Positions 20,949 to 29,219 of a stretch of 64,000 nucleotides of DNA are shown piece by piece. Position numbers and translations under genes: made by a program. Source of the stretch: Pseudomonadota bacterium (GTDB lineage Bacteria; Pseudomonadota; Gammaproteobacteria; Steroidobacterales; Steroidobacteraceae); contig JAJZUT010000018.1 in assembly GCA_021847105.1 (NCBI GenBank), positions 13,526-77,525 of the forward strand. Reading direction: 5' to 3'. Position 1 is the stretch's first letter. Each line of letters opens with the position of its first letter. The notes beneath the pieces were generated by a model, which was not told the origin of the DNA, ran no database searches, and saw only the letters and a list, made by a program, of their open reading frames with translations.

Positions 20949-22691
20949 TCAGTCGATGGTGACGCTGTTGATTTCCTCAAGACTGGTGATGCCAGCCCTG
21001 ACCTTTTCGAGACCGGCCCGACGCAGATCCCACACGCCCTCGCGATCTGCCTGATCACCGATCTCCACAGCGCTGCCGCCGGCGAGAATGATCCGGGCGA
21101 TGGCGTTGGTGACCGGCAGGACTTGGTAGATGCCGGTGCGGCCCTTGTAGCCGTCTGTGCAGGCCGAGCAGCCCGTCGGGCGGTAAATCTTCAGCCCCAG
21201 GCGCACGTCTTCCTCGCTGAAGCCCTCTTTCAGCAGTGCTTCGGACGGGATGTCGAGCGGCTGCTTGCACTGCGAGCACAGCCGCCGTGCCAGGCGCTGG
21301 GCGATGATGAGGCTCACCGAGGTGGCGATGGCATAGGGTTTCACGCCCATGTCCACCAACCGAGTGAGTGTCTGTGGCGCATCATTGGTGTGCAGCGTCG
21401 AGAGCACCAGGTGGCCGGTCTGAGCCGCCTTGATGGCGATCTCCGCGGTCTCGAGGTCGCGGATTTCACCGACCATGATCACGTCCGGATCCTGGCGCAG
21501 GAATGCGCGCATGGCGGCTGCGAAGGTCAGCCCCACCTTGGGGTTGATGTTGACCTGATTGACACCCGGCAGATTGATTTCCGCCGGATCCTCCGCGGTG
21601 GAGATGTTGGTCCCTTCGCGATTGAGGATGTTCAGTCCGGTGTACAGTGAAACGGTCTTGCCGCTGCCGGTCGGTCCGGTGACGAGAATCATCCCCTGAG
21701 GCTTCTCCAGGTACTCCTCGTACAGCGTCTTCTGGAACGGCTCGTAACCGAGCGAGTCGATCCCCAGCATCGCCTGCGACGGATCGAGAATACGCATCAC
21801 CACCTTCTCGCCGAACAGCGTCGGGCAGGTGCTGACGCGGAAGTCGATGGCGCGGGTCTTGGACAGGCGCATCTTGATGCGCCCGTCTTGCGGTACACGC
21901 CGTTCGGCGATGTCGAGCCGCGCCATGACCTTCAGGCGCGCAGCGAGCTTGCCGCCGAGCTGTACGGGGGGTTGAGCGATCTCCTTGAGGACGCCGTCCA
22001 TGCGCAGACGCACCCGATACGTTTTCTCGTACGGCTCGAAGTGAATGTCCGAGGCGCCACGACGGATCGCGTCGACCATGATCTTGTTGACGAAGCGGAC
22101 GATTGGGGCGTCTTCGACATCATCGCGACCGATGCGATCCTCGATCTCATCCTCGCCGCCGGTGACTTCGAGGCCCTCCAGATCGACGTCGCCCTCGGTG
22201 CCGAGGGAGCTGATCTGGCTGTCCGCCTGCTCGATCGCCTTGTCGATGGCGGCCTGCAGTTTGTCGTCATCGACGACCACCACCTCGATGCTGAGGCTGG
22301 TCTGGAATTTGATCTCGTCGATCGCGTGCAGGTGCGTGGGGTCGGCGACGCCGAGGAAGAGCTTCTTGCCGCGCCGGTACAGTGGCAGGACCCGGTGCTT
22401 GGCCATCAGCTTGTCGTTGACCAGCCGCACCGTGTCCATGTCGAGCGTCATGGCATCGAGGTCGAGCAGGGGCACGCCGAACTCGTTGGATGCCGCTACG
22501 GCGATGTCGCGCGCCTGGGCCGCGCCACTCTCGACGAGCTGCGTGACGAGCGGCACATTGCGCTCGCGGGCGGTATTGAGGGCCTCGAGCATGGGCGCCT
22601 CTTCGACCACTCCGTCCTGGACCAGTCGCTGAGGGAGGCCGCCGAGCCCGGTTCGCATGCCCCCGAGCGCTGCAGAGACGTTGTCATTCAT
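20949..22691 (-). CDS. pilB: type IV pilus assembly ATPase PilB (GspE family)
   Basis: 580 aa. Walker A VTGPTGSGKTVS, Asp box, Walker B ILVGEIRD, tetracysteine CSQCK...CSAC. Confidence 0.93.
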   Translation of the reverse strand: MNDNVSAALGGMRTGLGGLPQRLVQDGVVEEAPMLEALNTARERNVPLVTQLVESGAAQARDIAVAASNEFGVPLLDLDAMTLDMDTVRLVNDKLMAKHRVLPLYRRGKKLFLGVADPTHLHAIDEIKFQTSLSIEVVVVDDDKLQAAIDKAIEQADSQISSLGTEGDVDLEGLEVTGGEDEIEDRIGRDDVEDAPIVRFVNKIMVDAIRRGASDIHFEPYEKTYRVRLRMDGVLKEIAQPPVQLGGKLAARLKVMARLDIAERRVPQDGRIKMRLSKTRAIDFRVSTCPTLFGEKVVMRILDPSQAMLGIDSLGYEPFQKTLYEEYLEKPQGMILVTGPTGSGKTVSLYTGLNILNREGTNISTAEDPAEINLPGVNQVNINPKVGLTFAAAMRAFLRQDPDVIMVGEIRDLETAEIAIKAAQTGHLVLSTLHTNDAPQTLTRLVDMGVKPYAIATSVSLIIAQRLARRLCSQCKQPLDIPSEALLKEGFSEEDVRLGLKIYRPTGCSACTDGYKGRTGIYQVLPVTNAIARIILAGGSAVEIGDQADREGVWDLRRAGLEKVRAGITSLEEINSVTID

Positions 22692-22810
22692 GGACTTACG
22701 ATCGTCCGATTCGATCCGCGGGGCTCAAGTGTACCCAAGCCGGCGCCGCCGGCAATTATCAAATCTTTCGCCGATGCTCGCACAGCCCTGCGGCGCTCAC
22801 CGTGACTGCG

Positions 22811-22848
22811 CTCCCAAAAGAGAAAGCCCCCGCAAAGCGGGGGCTTTC
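22811..22848 (-). terminator. strong intrinsic terminator downstream of pilA
   Basis: Perfect 12-bp stem GAAAGCCCCCGC/GCGGGGGCTTTC with a 3-nt loop (22822-22848). On the minus strand it is followed by TCTTTTGGG (22811-22821). Begins 24 nt after the pilA stop. Confidence 0.7.
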
Positions 22849-22871
22849 AATCGTCTTGATGTCAGTACCGA

Positions 22872-23375
22872 TCAGGTCTGGCAGACGGTCGGAAGGTAGG
22901 AGTTGTTGGTGATCGTGCCATTCGCGGCAGCCGCGCCACCCTTCACCTGCTTCAGCTTGTCATCCGTGATGGAGTTCTGGGTGGCGGTGCCATCGTTGCA
23001 CAGCCATGCGATGTCGCCATTGGGCGACTGATAGGCGGTCCAAACCACCGTCCCATTGTTGACGGCTGCGTTGGCATTCGAGCCATACGTAACCGTGATT
23101 TGCCCGGCGCCCGTCAAGGCAACGCTCTTCACGTACGTGCCGGCAATGGTGGAACCGATGCCGATGGCCGAATTGGTGGAGGCCGCCGTTCCGGTATTCG
23201 CATAATTTTCATCGAAGGCCGTCTCGACGCCACCGATGAGCGAAGAGCCTTCAGAGACCTGGGCCCGAATGGTGTAGTTCTGGTAGGCCGGAATGGCGAT
23301 CGCCGCCAGGATGCCGATGATCGCGATCACGATCATCAACTCGATCAGCGTAAAGCCCTTTTGTACCGATTTCAT
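22872..23375 (-). CDS. pilA: type IVa major pilin PilA (prepilin)
   Basis: ATG at 23375 (GGAG RBS upstream) gives [31 protein letters not shown]: a short leader, the G-F cleavage site and E5. C-terminal disulfide loop C...C followed by QT. The upstream 23 codons of ORF 22872..23444 are rejected. Confidence 0.9.
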   Translation of the reverse strand: MKSVQKGFTLIELMIVIAIIGILAAIAIPAYQNYTIRAQVSEGSSLIGGVETAFDENYANTGTAASTNSAIGIGSTIAGTYVKSVALTGAGQITVTYGSNANAAVNNGTVVWTAYQSPNGDIAWLCNDGTATQNSITDDKLKQVKGGAAAANGTITNNSYLPTVCQT

Positions 23376-23445
23376 TAACGAGACTCCTCTGAGGAAATGC
23401 AGATTGTGCCGAGCGACGCGGTGGGCGCCTGCTGACGAAGACAAA

Positions 23446-23460
23446 GCAAATGCCGTGCCA
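23446..23460 (-). promoter_or_regulatory. sigma54 (-24/-12) promoter of pilA
   Basis: Minus strand reads TGGCAC-GGCAT-TTGCT, an exact match to TGGCAC-N5-TTGCW. It lies ~70 nt upstream of the pilA ATG. The sigma54 activator PilR is encoded in the window. Confidence 0.75.
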
Positions 23461-23477
23461 AATGGCGTGCGTTATCA

Positions 23478-23490
23478 TAACTGTTTGATT
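23478..23490 (-). promoter_or_regulatory. candidate IHF site between the upstream sites and the sigma54 promoter
   Basis: Minus strand reads AATCAAACAGTTA, matching WATCAANNNNTTR. It sits in a locally AT-rich patch at about -45 to -55 relative to the predicted start. Confidence 0.45.
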
Positions 23491-23546
23491 AGAAAGATAA
23501 ATTATCCCGAGCGGCGACACTTTATGTTGAATGATGGCTCGCTGCC

Positions 23547-23596
23547 GTGACTCGACGGGTCTGACTTGCGTGTCAGAAAGTGACGCAAATTGTCAC
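23547..23596. promoter_or_regulatory. cluster of GTGAC/GTCAG-type inverted half-sites (candidate PilR enhancer sites)
   Basis: GTGAC(23547), CTGAC-N6-GTCAG (23561-23576) and GTGAC-N7-GTCAC (23580-23596), including two TGTC cores. Located about -110 to -160 from the sigma54 promoter. Confidence 0.35.
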
Positions 23597-23804
23597 CCCG
23601 GGCCGTTCCGTCGATTGGCGAACGCCGCCAGCCGTGCCGGACGTGCCGGCGGGCGATAATCTGCCGATCCAATCACGGCCCGAATTGGCTGACGACAGCG
23701 ACAATAAGCCGTTACACCATCTGCGACCGTCGCGCGGGACACATGCATTGCCTGTTGGAGCGCGGACGTTTCAGAGCCGATACTACGCATTCGGAGGATT
23801 GACG

Positions 23805-25025
23805 ATGGTTGCGGTTGTCAACATGCCCGTGCGGGCGCAGGCCGCTGAGGCACCCGAGCCCAGCCCGCTCGAGCTAACGATTCTGATGCCGTGCCTCAAT
23901 GAGGCAGAAACCGTTGCCACGTGCGTGCGCAAGGCGCAGAGTTTTCTGCAGCGCACCGCTGTCGCAGGAGAGATTCTCGTGGCCGACAACGGCTCGAGCG
24001 ACGGTTCTCCCGAACTCGCCCGTCAAGCCGGCGCACGCGTCGTACGCATCACGGCCAAGGGCTACGGCAGTGCGCTACTTGGAGGGATTCAGGCCGCGAG
24101 GGGCCAGTTTGTGATCATGGCCGACGCCGATGACAGTTACGATTTTGCCCAACTCGACGGCTTCCTCTCGGCACTACGTGCCGGGCATGAGATGGTGATT
24201 GGTCATCGCTTCCGCGGCGGTATCCGTCCCGGGGCCATGCCGTGGTTACACCGGTACGTCGGCAATCCCGTGCTGAGCTTCCTCGGACGGCTTTTCTTCT
24301 CCTGTCGGATCGGCGATTTTCACTGTGGGCTTCGTGGCGTCGAGCGTGCGGCCGCACTGCGTCTGGGCCTGCGCGCTCCGGGGATGGAGTTCGCCAGCGA
24401 GATGATCGTCAAGGCCGTGCTCGCCGGCTGGCGAATCGGCGAAGTACCGACGGTGCTGTCACCGGCTGGTCGTTCTCGTCCGCCGCACCTGCGCAGCTGG
24501 CGTGACGGCTGGCGACACCTGCGCTTCCTGCTCATCATGAGTCCGCGCTGGCTGCTCTTCTATCCGGGCCTTTTCCTGATTCTCGTCGGTAGTGCGGCCG
24601 AGGCGCTGATTTCGCATGGGCCATTGGTCATCCATGGCGTGGGATTCGACATCCATACGATGCTCTATGCCGCCGGGGCGACGATCCTCGGCCTGCAGCT
24701 GGTGCTGTTCTCGGTGATCGGGCGCACGATCGGAGTGTTGAAGGGACTGTTGCCGGTGACGGCGAAGCTGCGGATCTTTCTGCGTGCGTTTACGGTGGAG
24801 CGCGGCATCGCTCTTGGCGGCGCCTTTGGTCTCGCCGGGCTGGCACTGGCCGTCTATTCGCTCGATACATGGTTCCGGGTGCGCTTCGGTGCCTTGGATC
24901 CGCTGGCGGCGATGCGTGTTGTGATTACCTCGGTCACGCTGATGCTGGCCGGCGGAGAGATCTTGTTCGCATCGTTCCTGCTCGGTCTGATCGACGTGCG
25001 TCCCGACGGTGGATCCGGAGCATGA
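23805..25025 (+). CDS. family 2 glycosyltransferase with C-terminal multi-TM domain (polyprenyl-phosphate sugar synthase-like, GtrB/DPM1-type)
   Basis: ATG at 23805 preceded by GGAGGA. GT2 motifs LTILMPCLNE, LVADNGSSDGS and DXD IMADADDSYD. About four predicted TM helices after residue ~250. The upstream 75 codons of ORF 23580..25025 are rejected. Confidence 0.8.
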   Translation: MVAVVNMPVRAQAAEAPEPSPLELTILMPCLNEAETVATCVRKAQSFLQRTAVAGEILVADNGSSDGSPELARQAGARVVRITAKGYGSALLGGIQAARGQFVIMADADDSYDFAQLDGFLSALRAGHEMVIGHRFRGGIRPGAMPWLHRYVGNPVLSFLGRLFFSCRIGDFHCGLRGVERAAALRLGLRAPGMEFASEMIVKAVLAGWRIGEVPTVLSPAGRSRPPHLRSWRDGWRHLRFLLIMSPRWLLFYPGLFLILVGSAAEALISHGPLVIHGVGFDIHTMLYAAGATILGLQLVLFSVIGRTIGVLKGLLPVTAKLRIFLRAFTVERGIALGGAFGLAGLALAVYSLDTWFRVRFGALDPLAAMRVVITSVTLMLAGGEILFASFLLGLIDVRPDGGSGA

Positions 25026-27082
25026 CGGTTGGAGATGAGACTCCGCGCGCGCAGCGCGCGGGATTGGCCGCGCCTGCGTGGCTGAGGCGCGCGGCAGCTT
25101 CGCCCCGACTGTGCGTCTACACCGCCTGCACGCTCGCGGCCGTTCTCGTTAGCTTTCTCCTGGGCAAGGAGTTGCTCTGGGACACGATGTACTATCACGT
25201 GTACGCGGGCTTCAGCGCGCTGCACGATCGCTTCGGCAGAGACTACTTTGCAGCTGGGCCGCAGGCGTATTTCAATCCCTACGGCTACGTGCCTTTCTAT
25301 TTGCTGATCCGCACGCGGCTGGCACCTCTCGCAGTGGCCTCAATACTTGCCGTCCTGCAGAGCGCCATCCTGTGGTTGACTTACGAACTCGCTATCACGA
25401 CTGTGCCGCATGCCGCGCCGCGAACGCGCGTGTTGCTCGGGGTGCTCGCGGCGGTGTTCGCGTTCGCCAATCCGATTCTGCTCAATGAATTCGGCTCGAG
25501 TTTCATTGATGTAACCACGGCGGAGTTGGTGCTGGCAGGCTGGCTGATCCTGCTCGGCGCACTGCGTGCTCCGAGAATGCGGCACGTTGTGGCTGCCGCG
25601 GTGCTGCTCGGCGTGGCAAGCGCATTGAAGCCGACCAACGCCGTTCACGCGCTGGCCGGTACGACCTTGCTATTTTTCCTGCCTGGCGGCTGGGGACGTC
25701 GCATATGGGCCGCGCTGCTGTTCGGGCTCGGCGGCGCCGCCGGCTTCGTACTTGCCAACCTGCCGTGGTCGATTCATTTGCAGCGGCACTTCGGCAATCC
25801 CTTGTTCCCGCTTCTGAATGGCTTGTTTCGCTCGCCGAATTTCTGGACGGGATCGATGCTCGACTATCGATTCATCCCGGTGTCGTGGACCGCTGCGCTT
25901 CTGCGTCCCTTCGCGCTGCTGCGCCCGCTGCCGATGCTGCAGTACGAACTTGCTGCCCCGGACATCCGTTATGCCCTGCTGGCTGTCACGGCGCTCGCGC
26001 TCGCAGCGCGTGCATTGTGGCGACGCGTGTTCGGCGGACAAGAGTTCCACCCTGAGGAGGGTGGCTCGCGGGCGCTAATCGCGCTTGGCAGCGGGTTTCT
26101 CGTCGACTGGATTTTGTGGCTCACAGTCTCGGGCAACGGCAGGTACTTCATTCCCATGGCCTGTGTCGCTGGCGTGCTCGCGGTCGTGCTGGTGTTCCGG
26201 TTGCTCGCGGGTCGGCCGCGAGCTCGCGCGTACACACTCACCGCGCTCGTCGCGCTGCAGCTGTTTCAGCTCTATGTCGGCAGCGGCTACCGTGTCTATT
26301 TGCCCTGGGGCGCCGGGCCCTGGTACCACGTTTCATTGCCCCGGCGTCTTGCTGGCGAGAGGGCTCTGTACTTCATGGTTGGCACGCAGACCAATTCCTA
26401 CATCATTCCTGACATGCCGAAGCGTGATGGGTTTGTCAATCTCGGTGGCAATTTCATGCTGACAGCGGATGGCCCGAATGGTGCGCGGGTCAAGGCGCTG
26501 ATCCGTCGGTTCGCGCCGAACTGGTGGGCCGTGCAGCGCGACCCGCGCAGCGATGCGATGCGCGAATCCGGTCTCGCGGGTCGCTCGGCCGTCAATAACG
26601 CGCTGCGCCCGTACGGATTGGCCGTGGCGCCGGGACAGTGTTCAAAGATCGTTGTCAGCGGCGTGGCGATTACCTACACCGTTGCCGTGGCGGGAGGATC
26701 GCCGAATGCCCCCCACACCGAATACCTGACCGCCTGCCGGGTCGAGCGGCTGACGGCAATTCAGACCCATTGGTTCGTGGGCAGGCGGTCCGCCGATCTG
26801 GCACTCGATCACCTGGCAGCCGCCTGTCCGGCGCTGTTCAAGCCACGACGTCCCGGTGACCGAATTCAGGGCGACCGCCGGTATGGTTACTATCTGGCGC
26901 GAGTCTACGCTGACACCGGCGTTATTGCCTGGGTCACTCACGGGGCGGTCGAGTTTCAGAAGCTGATCGGAGGTCGCGAGCAGAACGCCGGGCCGGAGGC
27001 ACTTTGGCAGCGAACGGTGCCAAAAGTGGCCTGCAGCCGCAACGGCAGTACGTATCTGCACATATTGGGCGGGCAGCGGTGA
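25022..27082 (+). CDS. large polytopic membrane protein, putative GT-C-fold glycosyltransferase, with ~250-aa soluble C-terminal domain
   Basis: ATG at 25022 overlaps the GT2 stop (ATGA). About 11-13 hydrophobic segments over ~430 aa. An acidic/aromatic first loop (LWDTMYYHVYAGF...FNPYGYVPFY) resembles ArnT/PMT/GT87-type enzymes. The family call was not verified. Confidence 0.6.
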   Translation: MTVGDETPRAQRAGLAAPAWLRRAAASPRLCVYTACTLAAVLVSFLLGKELLWDTMYYHVYAGFSALHDRFGRDYFAAGPQAYFNPYGYVPFYLLIRTRLAPLAVASILAVLQSAILWLTYELAITTVPHAAPRTRVLLGVLAAVFAFANPILLNEFGSSFIDVTTAELVLAGWLILLGALRAPRMRHVVAAAVLLGVASALKPTNAVHALAGTTLLFFLPGGWGRRIWAALLFGLGGAAGFVLANLPWSIHLQRHFGNPLFPLLNGLFRSPNFWTGSMLDYRFIPVSWTAALLRPFALLRPLPMLQYELAAPDIRYALLAVTALALAARALWRRVFGGQEFHPEEGGSRALIALGSGFLVDWILWLTVSGNGRYFIPMACVAGVLAVVLVFRLLAGRPRARAYTLTALVALQLFQLYVGSGYRVYLPWGAGPWYHVSLPRRLAGERALYFMVGTQTNSYIIPDMPKRDGFVNLGGNFMLTADGPNGARVKALIRRFAPNWWAVQRDPRSDAMRESGLAGRSAVNNALRPYGLAVAPGQCSKIVVSGVAITYTVAVAGGSPNAPHTEYLTACRVERLTAIQTHWFVGRRSADLALDHLAAACPALFKPRRPGDRIQGDRRYGYYLARVYADTGVIAWVTHGAVEFQKLIGGREQNAGPEALWQRTVPKVACSRNGSTYLHILGGQR

Positions 27083-27101
27083 GCCTGCGGTCTGCGGCGC
27101 C

Positions 27102-28106
27102 ATGAGTGACGTTCTGTCGCGCCAAACTCTCGCCGGGGCACGCCTCGCGCAGGCGCGTGTCATTGTGCCGGTGCGCAATGGCGGTGCGCGCTGGCGGCAG
27201 GCGGCTGATGCGCTGTGCGCGGCAGTGCGCGATCCCAATCGCGTCGCGGTCGTCGATTCTTGCTCCACGGACGGGAGCGATCTTGTCGCGCTTGAGCGGG
27301 GCTTCGAACTCGCGCAGATCGATCCGCGCGAATTCAACCATGGTGCGACCCGCCAGTGGGCAATCGGGCGCTTCTGCGCAGGACGTGCCTTTGCAATCTT
27401 TCTCACTCAGGATGCGGTGCTCGAGGATCGAACTGCACTTGAAACCCTGCTTGAAGCGTTTGACGATCCGGTGGTCGGGGCCGCCTACGGACGTCAGCTG
27501 CCGCATCACGGTGCCGGAGCGTTCGAGGCACATATGGTGCTGTTTAACTTCAGCAGCCACGATGAGACGCGTTCGCAGACCGATGCGGGACGCCTGGGCA
27601 TCAAGGCGGCGTATCTGTCGAACTCGTTTGCCGCCTACCGCCTGGCGGCGCTGGGCGCGTGTGGCGGATTTCCGAGTCACCTCATTGCCGGCGAGGACTG
27701 CTTCGCTGCCGTCCAGCTGCTGCTGGCTGGGTGGCGGATCCGATACTGTGCGGCGGCGCGTGTGCGACATTCGCATGCGTACACGGTGCTGCAGGAAATG
27801 CAGCGACACTTCGACTGGGGAGTCATGCATGCGCAGATGCCCGAGCTGCTGCGGCAATTTGGCGGGGCCGAGGGTGAGGGAATGCGCTTTGTGATCTCGG
27901 AACTGCAGTACCTTCGTGCCAGTGCGCCACATCAGTTGCCGCTCGCTCCGCTGCGCAATGCTGCCAAGTATGCCGGCTATCGACTGGGGCGAGTGTATCG
28001 CTGGTTGCCACCAAGTCTGTGCCGTGAGCTCAGCATGACGAAGGTATTCTGGTCAGTGCGGGGCGCGGCAGCTCCCCGCCGCGCGAGCTCCCCCGACCGG
28101 ACCTGA
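27102..28106 (+). CDS. soluble family 2 glycosyltransferase (rhamnosyltransferase-like)
   Basis: 334 aa. VIVPVRNGG...VVDSCSTDGS and FLTQDAV motifs, with a later GEDCF segment typical of rhamnosyltransferase-like GT2 proteins. Confidence 0.75.
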   Translation: MSDVLSRQTLAGARLAQARVIVPVRNGGARWRQAADALCAAVRDPNRVAVVDSCSTDGSDLVALERGFELAQIDPREFNHGATRQWAIGRFCAGRAFAIFLTQDAVLEDRTALETLLEAFDDPVVGAAYGRQLPHHGAGAFEAHMVLFNFSSHDETRSQTDAGRLGIKAAYLSNSFAAYRLAALGACGGFPSHLIAGEDCFAAVQLLLAGWRIRYCAAARVRHSHAYTVLQEMQRHFDWGVMHAQMPELLRQFGGAEGEGMRFVISELQYLRASAPHQLPLAPLRNAAKYAGYRLGRVYRWLPPSLCRELSMTKVFWSVRGAAAPRRASSPDRT

Positions 28107-28118
28107 TGCTGCGCAGCG

Positions 28119-29015
28119 TTATCGCTTCAAATTCCGCCGAGCGGCGTGATCGTAGAAGTGAGGGTTGCTGAACGCACGTGGAAATCGCGTGCGCACAAGG
28201 GTGCGCAACTGATTGTCCGCGCGAAGCACGAGGTCGCGTACGGGCTGCTCGGGTCGGCCACGGAACTCCGTCACGTGGTAGTAGTGTGCTCCGCCGATGG
28301 GGATGGAGGAGAAGAAATAGTTCGAGACGCAGCAGCGATCGTGATTGCTCACGTTTGTTGAGACAGAATGCCACGAGTGACGATGGGTGAGCATGACCAC
28401 CAGTCGATTGAATTGGCTGACGATGGTCGTCTGCGCGCCGCGCGGCCCGTCCGGCCAGAGTTCGAGGTTGCCACCGCGTTCTGCCGTCCACCCGGGGGAG
28501 ACGTAGTACAGGAGGTTCAGAATCCGGTATCTCTGTCGCGAGCGATCGTGCGAATTGTCGATGTGCGGATTGAGAAAGTGACCCGGACCCATCAGTGAGA
28601 CGCCGCCGGCATAGAGTTGAGTATCGGGCTCGAGCGCGGCGAGCCCAGTAATCTGTTCGATGGCCTGCACGACCGCGGGGGCCTGGAATGCGTACACTGT
28701 CTCTTCGAGTAGCGGATCATAGCGGTCCATCTGCGCAGCGACGCACTTCAATTCCCGGATGCTGCGCTTGAGGGTCATCGCATCCGAAGGTGGAAATGCG
28801 GCCCGGATGGCCTCGGCCCACGCGGGCGGCAGTAGCTCATCGAGCACGAAATGATTGATGGGGGCGGAATCCGTCCACTGGCGCGTCAAGCCTGTCGCGG
28901 ATGCGCTGATGCGTTGCGTGATATGCGCGGCGAGTATCCCGCGTTCCACTGGCGGCATACGGGTTGCCGGACGAAGTTGCTCCGGTATGTTGGCCGGGCG
29001 GGGGTTGTCGGACAT
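28119..29015 (-). CDS. 2OG-Fe(II) oxygenase, prolyl 4-hydroxylase-like
   Basis: HxD...H facial triad context: FLNPHIDNSHD...RILNLLYYVSPGW..GGNLELW...NRLVVM...SWHSV. Start at ATG 29015, or 29069 for the full ORF. Confidence 0.7.
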   Translation of the reverse strand: MSDNPRPANIPEQLRPATRMPPVERGILAAHITQRISASATGLTRQWTDSAPINHFVLDELLPPAWAEAIRAAFPPSDAMTLKRSIRELKCVAAQMDRYDPLLEETVYAFQAPAVVQAIEQITGLAALEPDTQLYAGGVSLMGPGHFLNPHIDNSHDRSRQRYRILNLLYYVSPGWTAERGGNLELWPDGPRGAQTTIVSQFNRLVVMLTHRHSWHSVSTNVSNHDRCCVSNYFFSSIPIGGAHYYHVTEFRGRPEQPVRDLVLRADNQLRTLVRTRFPRAFSNPHFYDHAARRNLKR

Positions 29016-29219
29016 CTGCACCGGACTCTCGCGTTGATCAGGCGCTGGAGTGGAGGCGCCGCACGCCAATCCGCCTGAAGGCTGGTATTATTATGTCATC
29101 CCAGTGGGCGGCACTGCGATGGGCGTCGCAGATTTATTGCGAGCGGTGCGAAGGCGCGCCAAGTCGCGTAATGGCGCGGCGGGCTTGAAGCCAGGGTGGG
29201 AGTGCTCCAGAGTAATTAT

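Noticed and set aside
23580-23804. 75-codon N-terminal extension of the GT2 ORF reaching into the pilA upstream region
   Set aside because: There is no RBS. It overlaps the candidate PilR sites. The ATG at 23805 has a GGAGGA RBS, and the GT2 fold begins ~25 residues after it.
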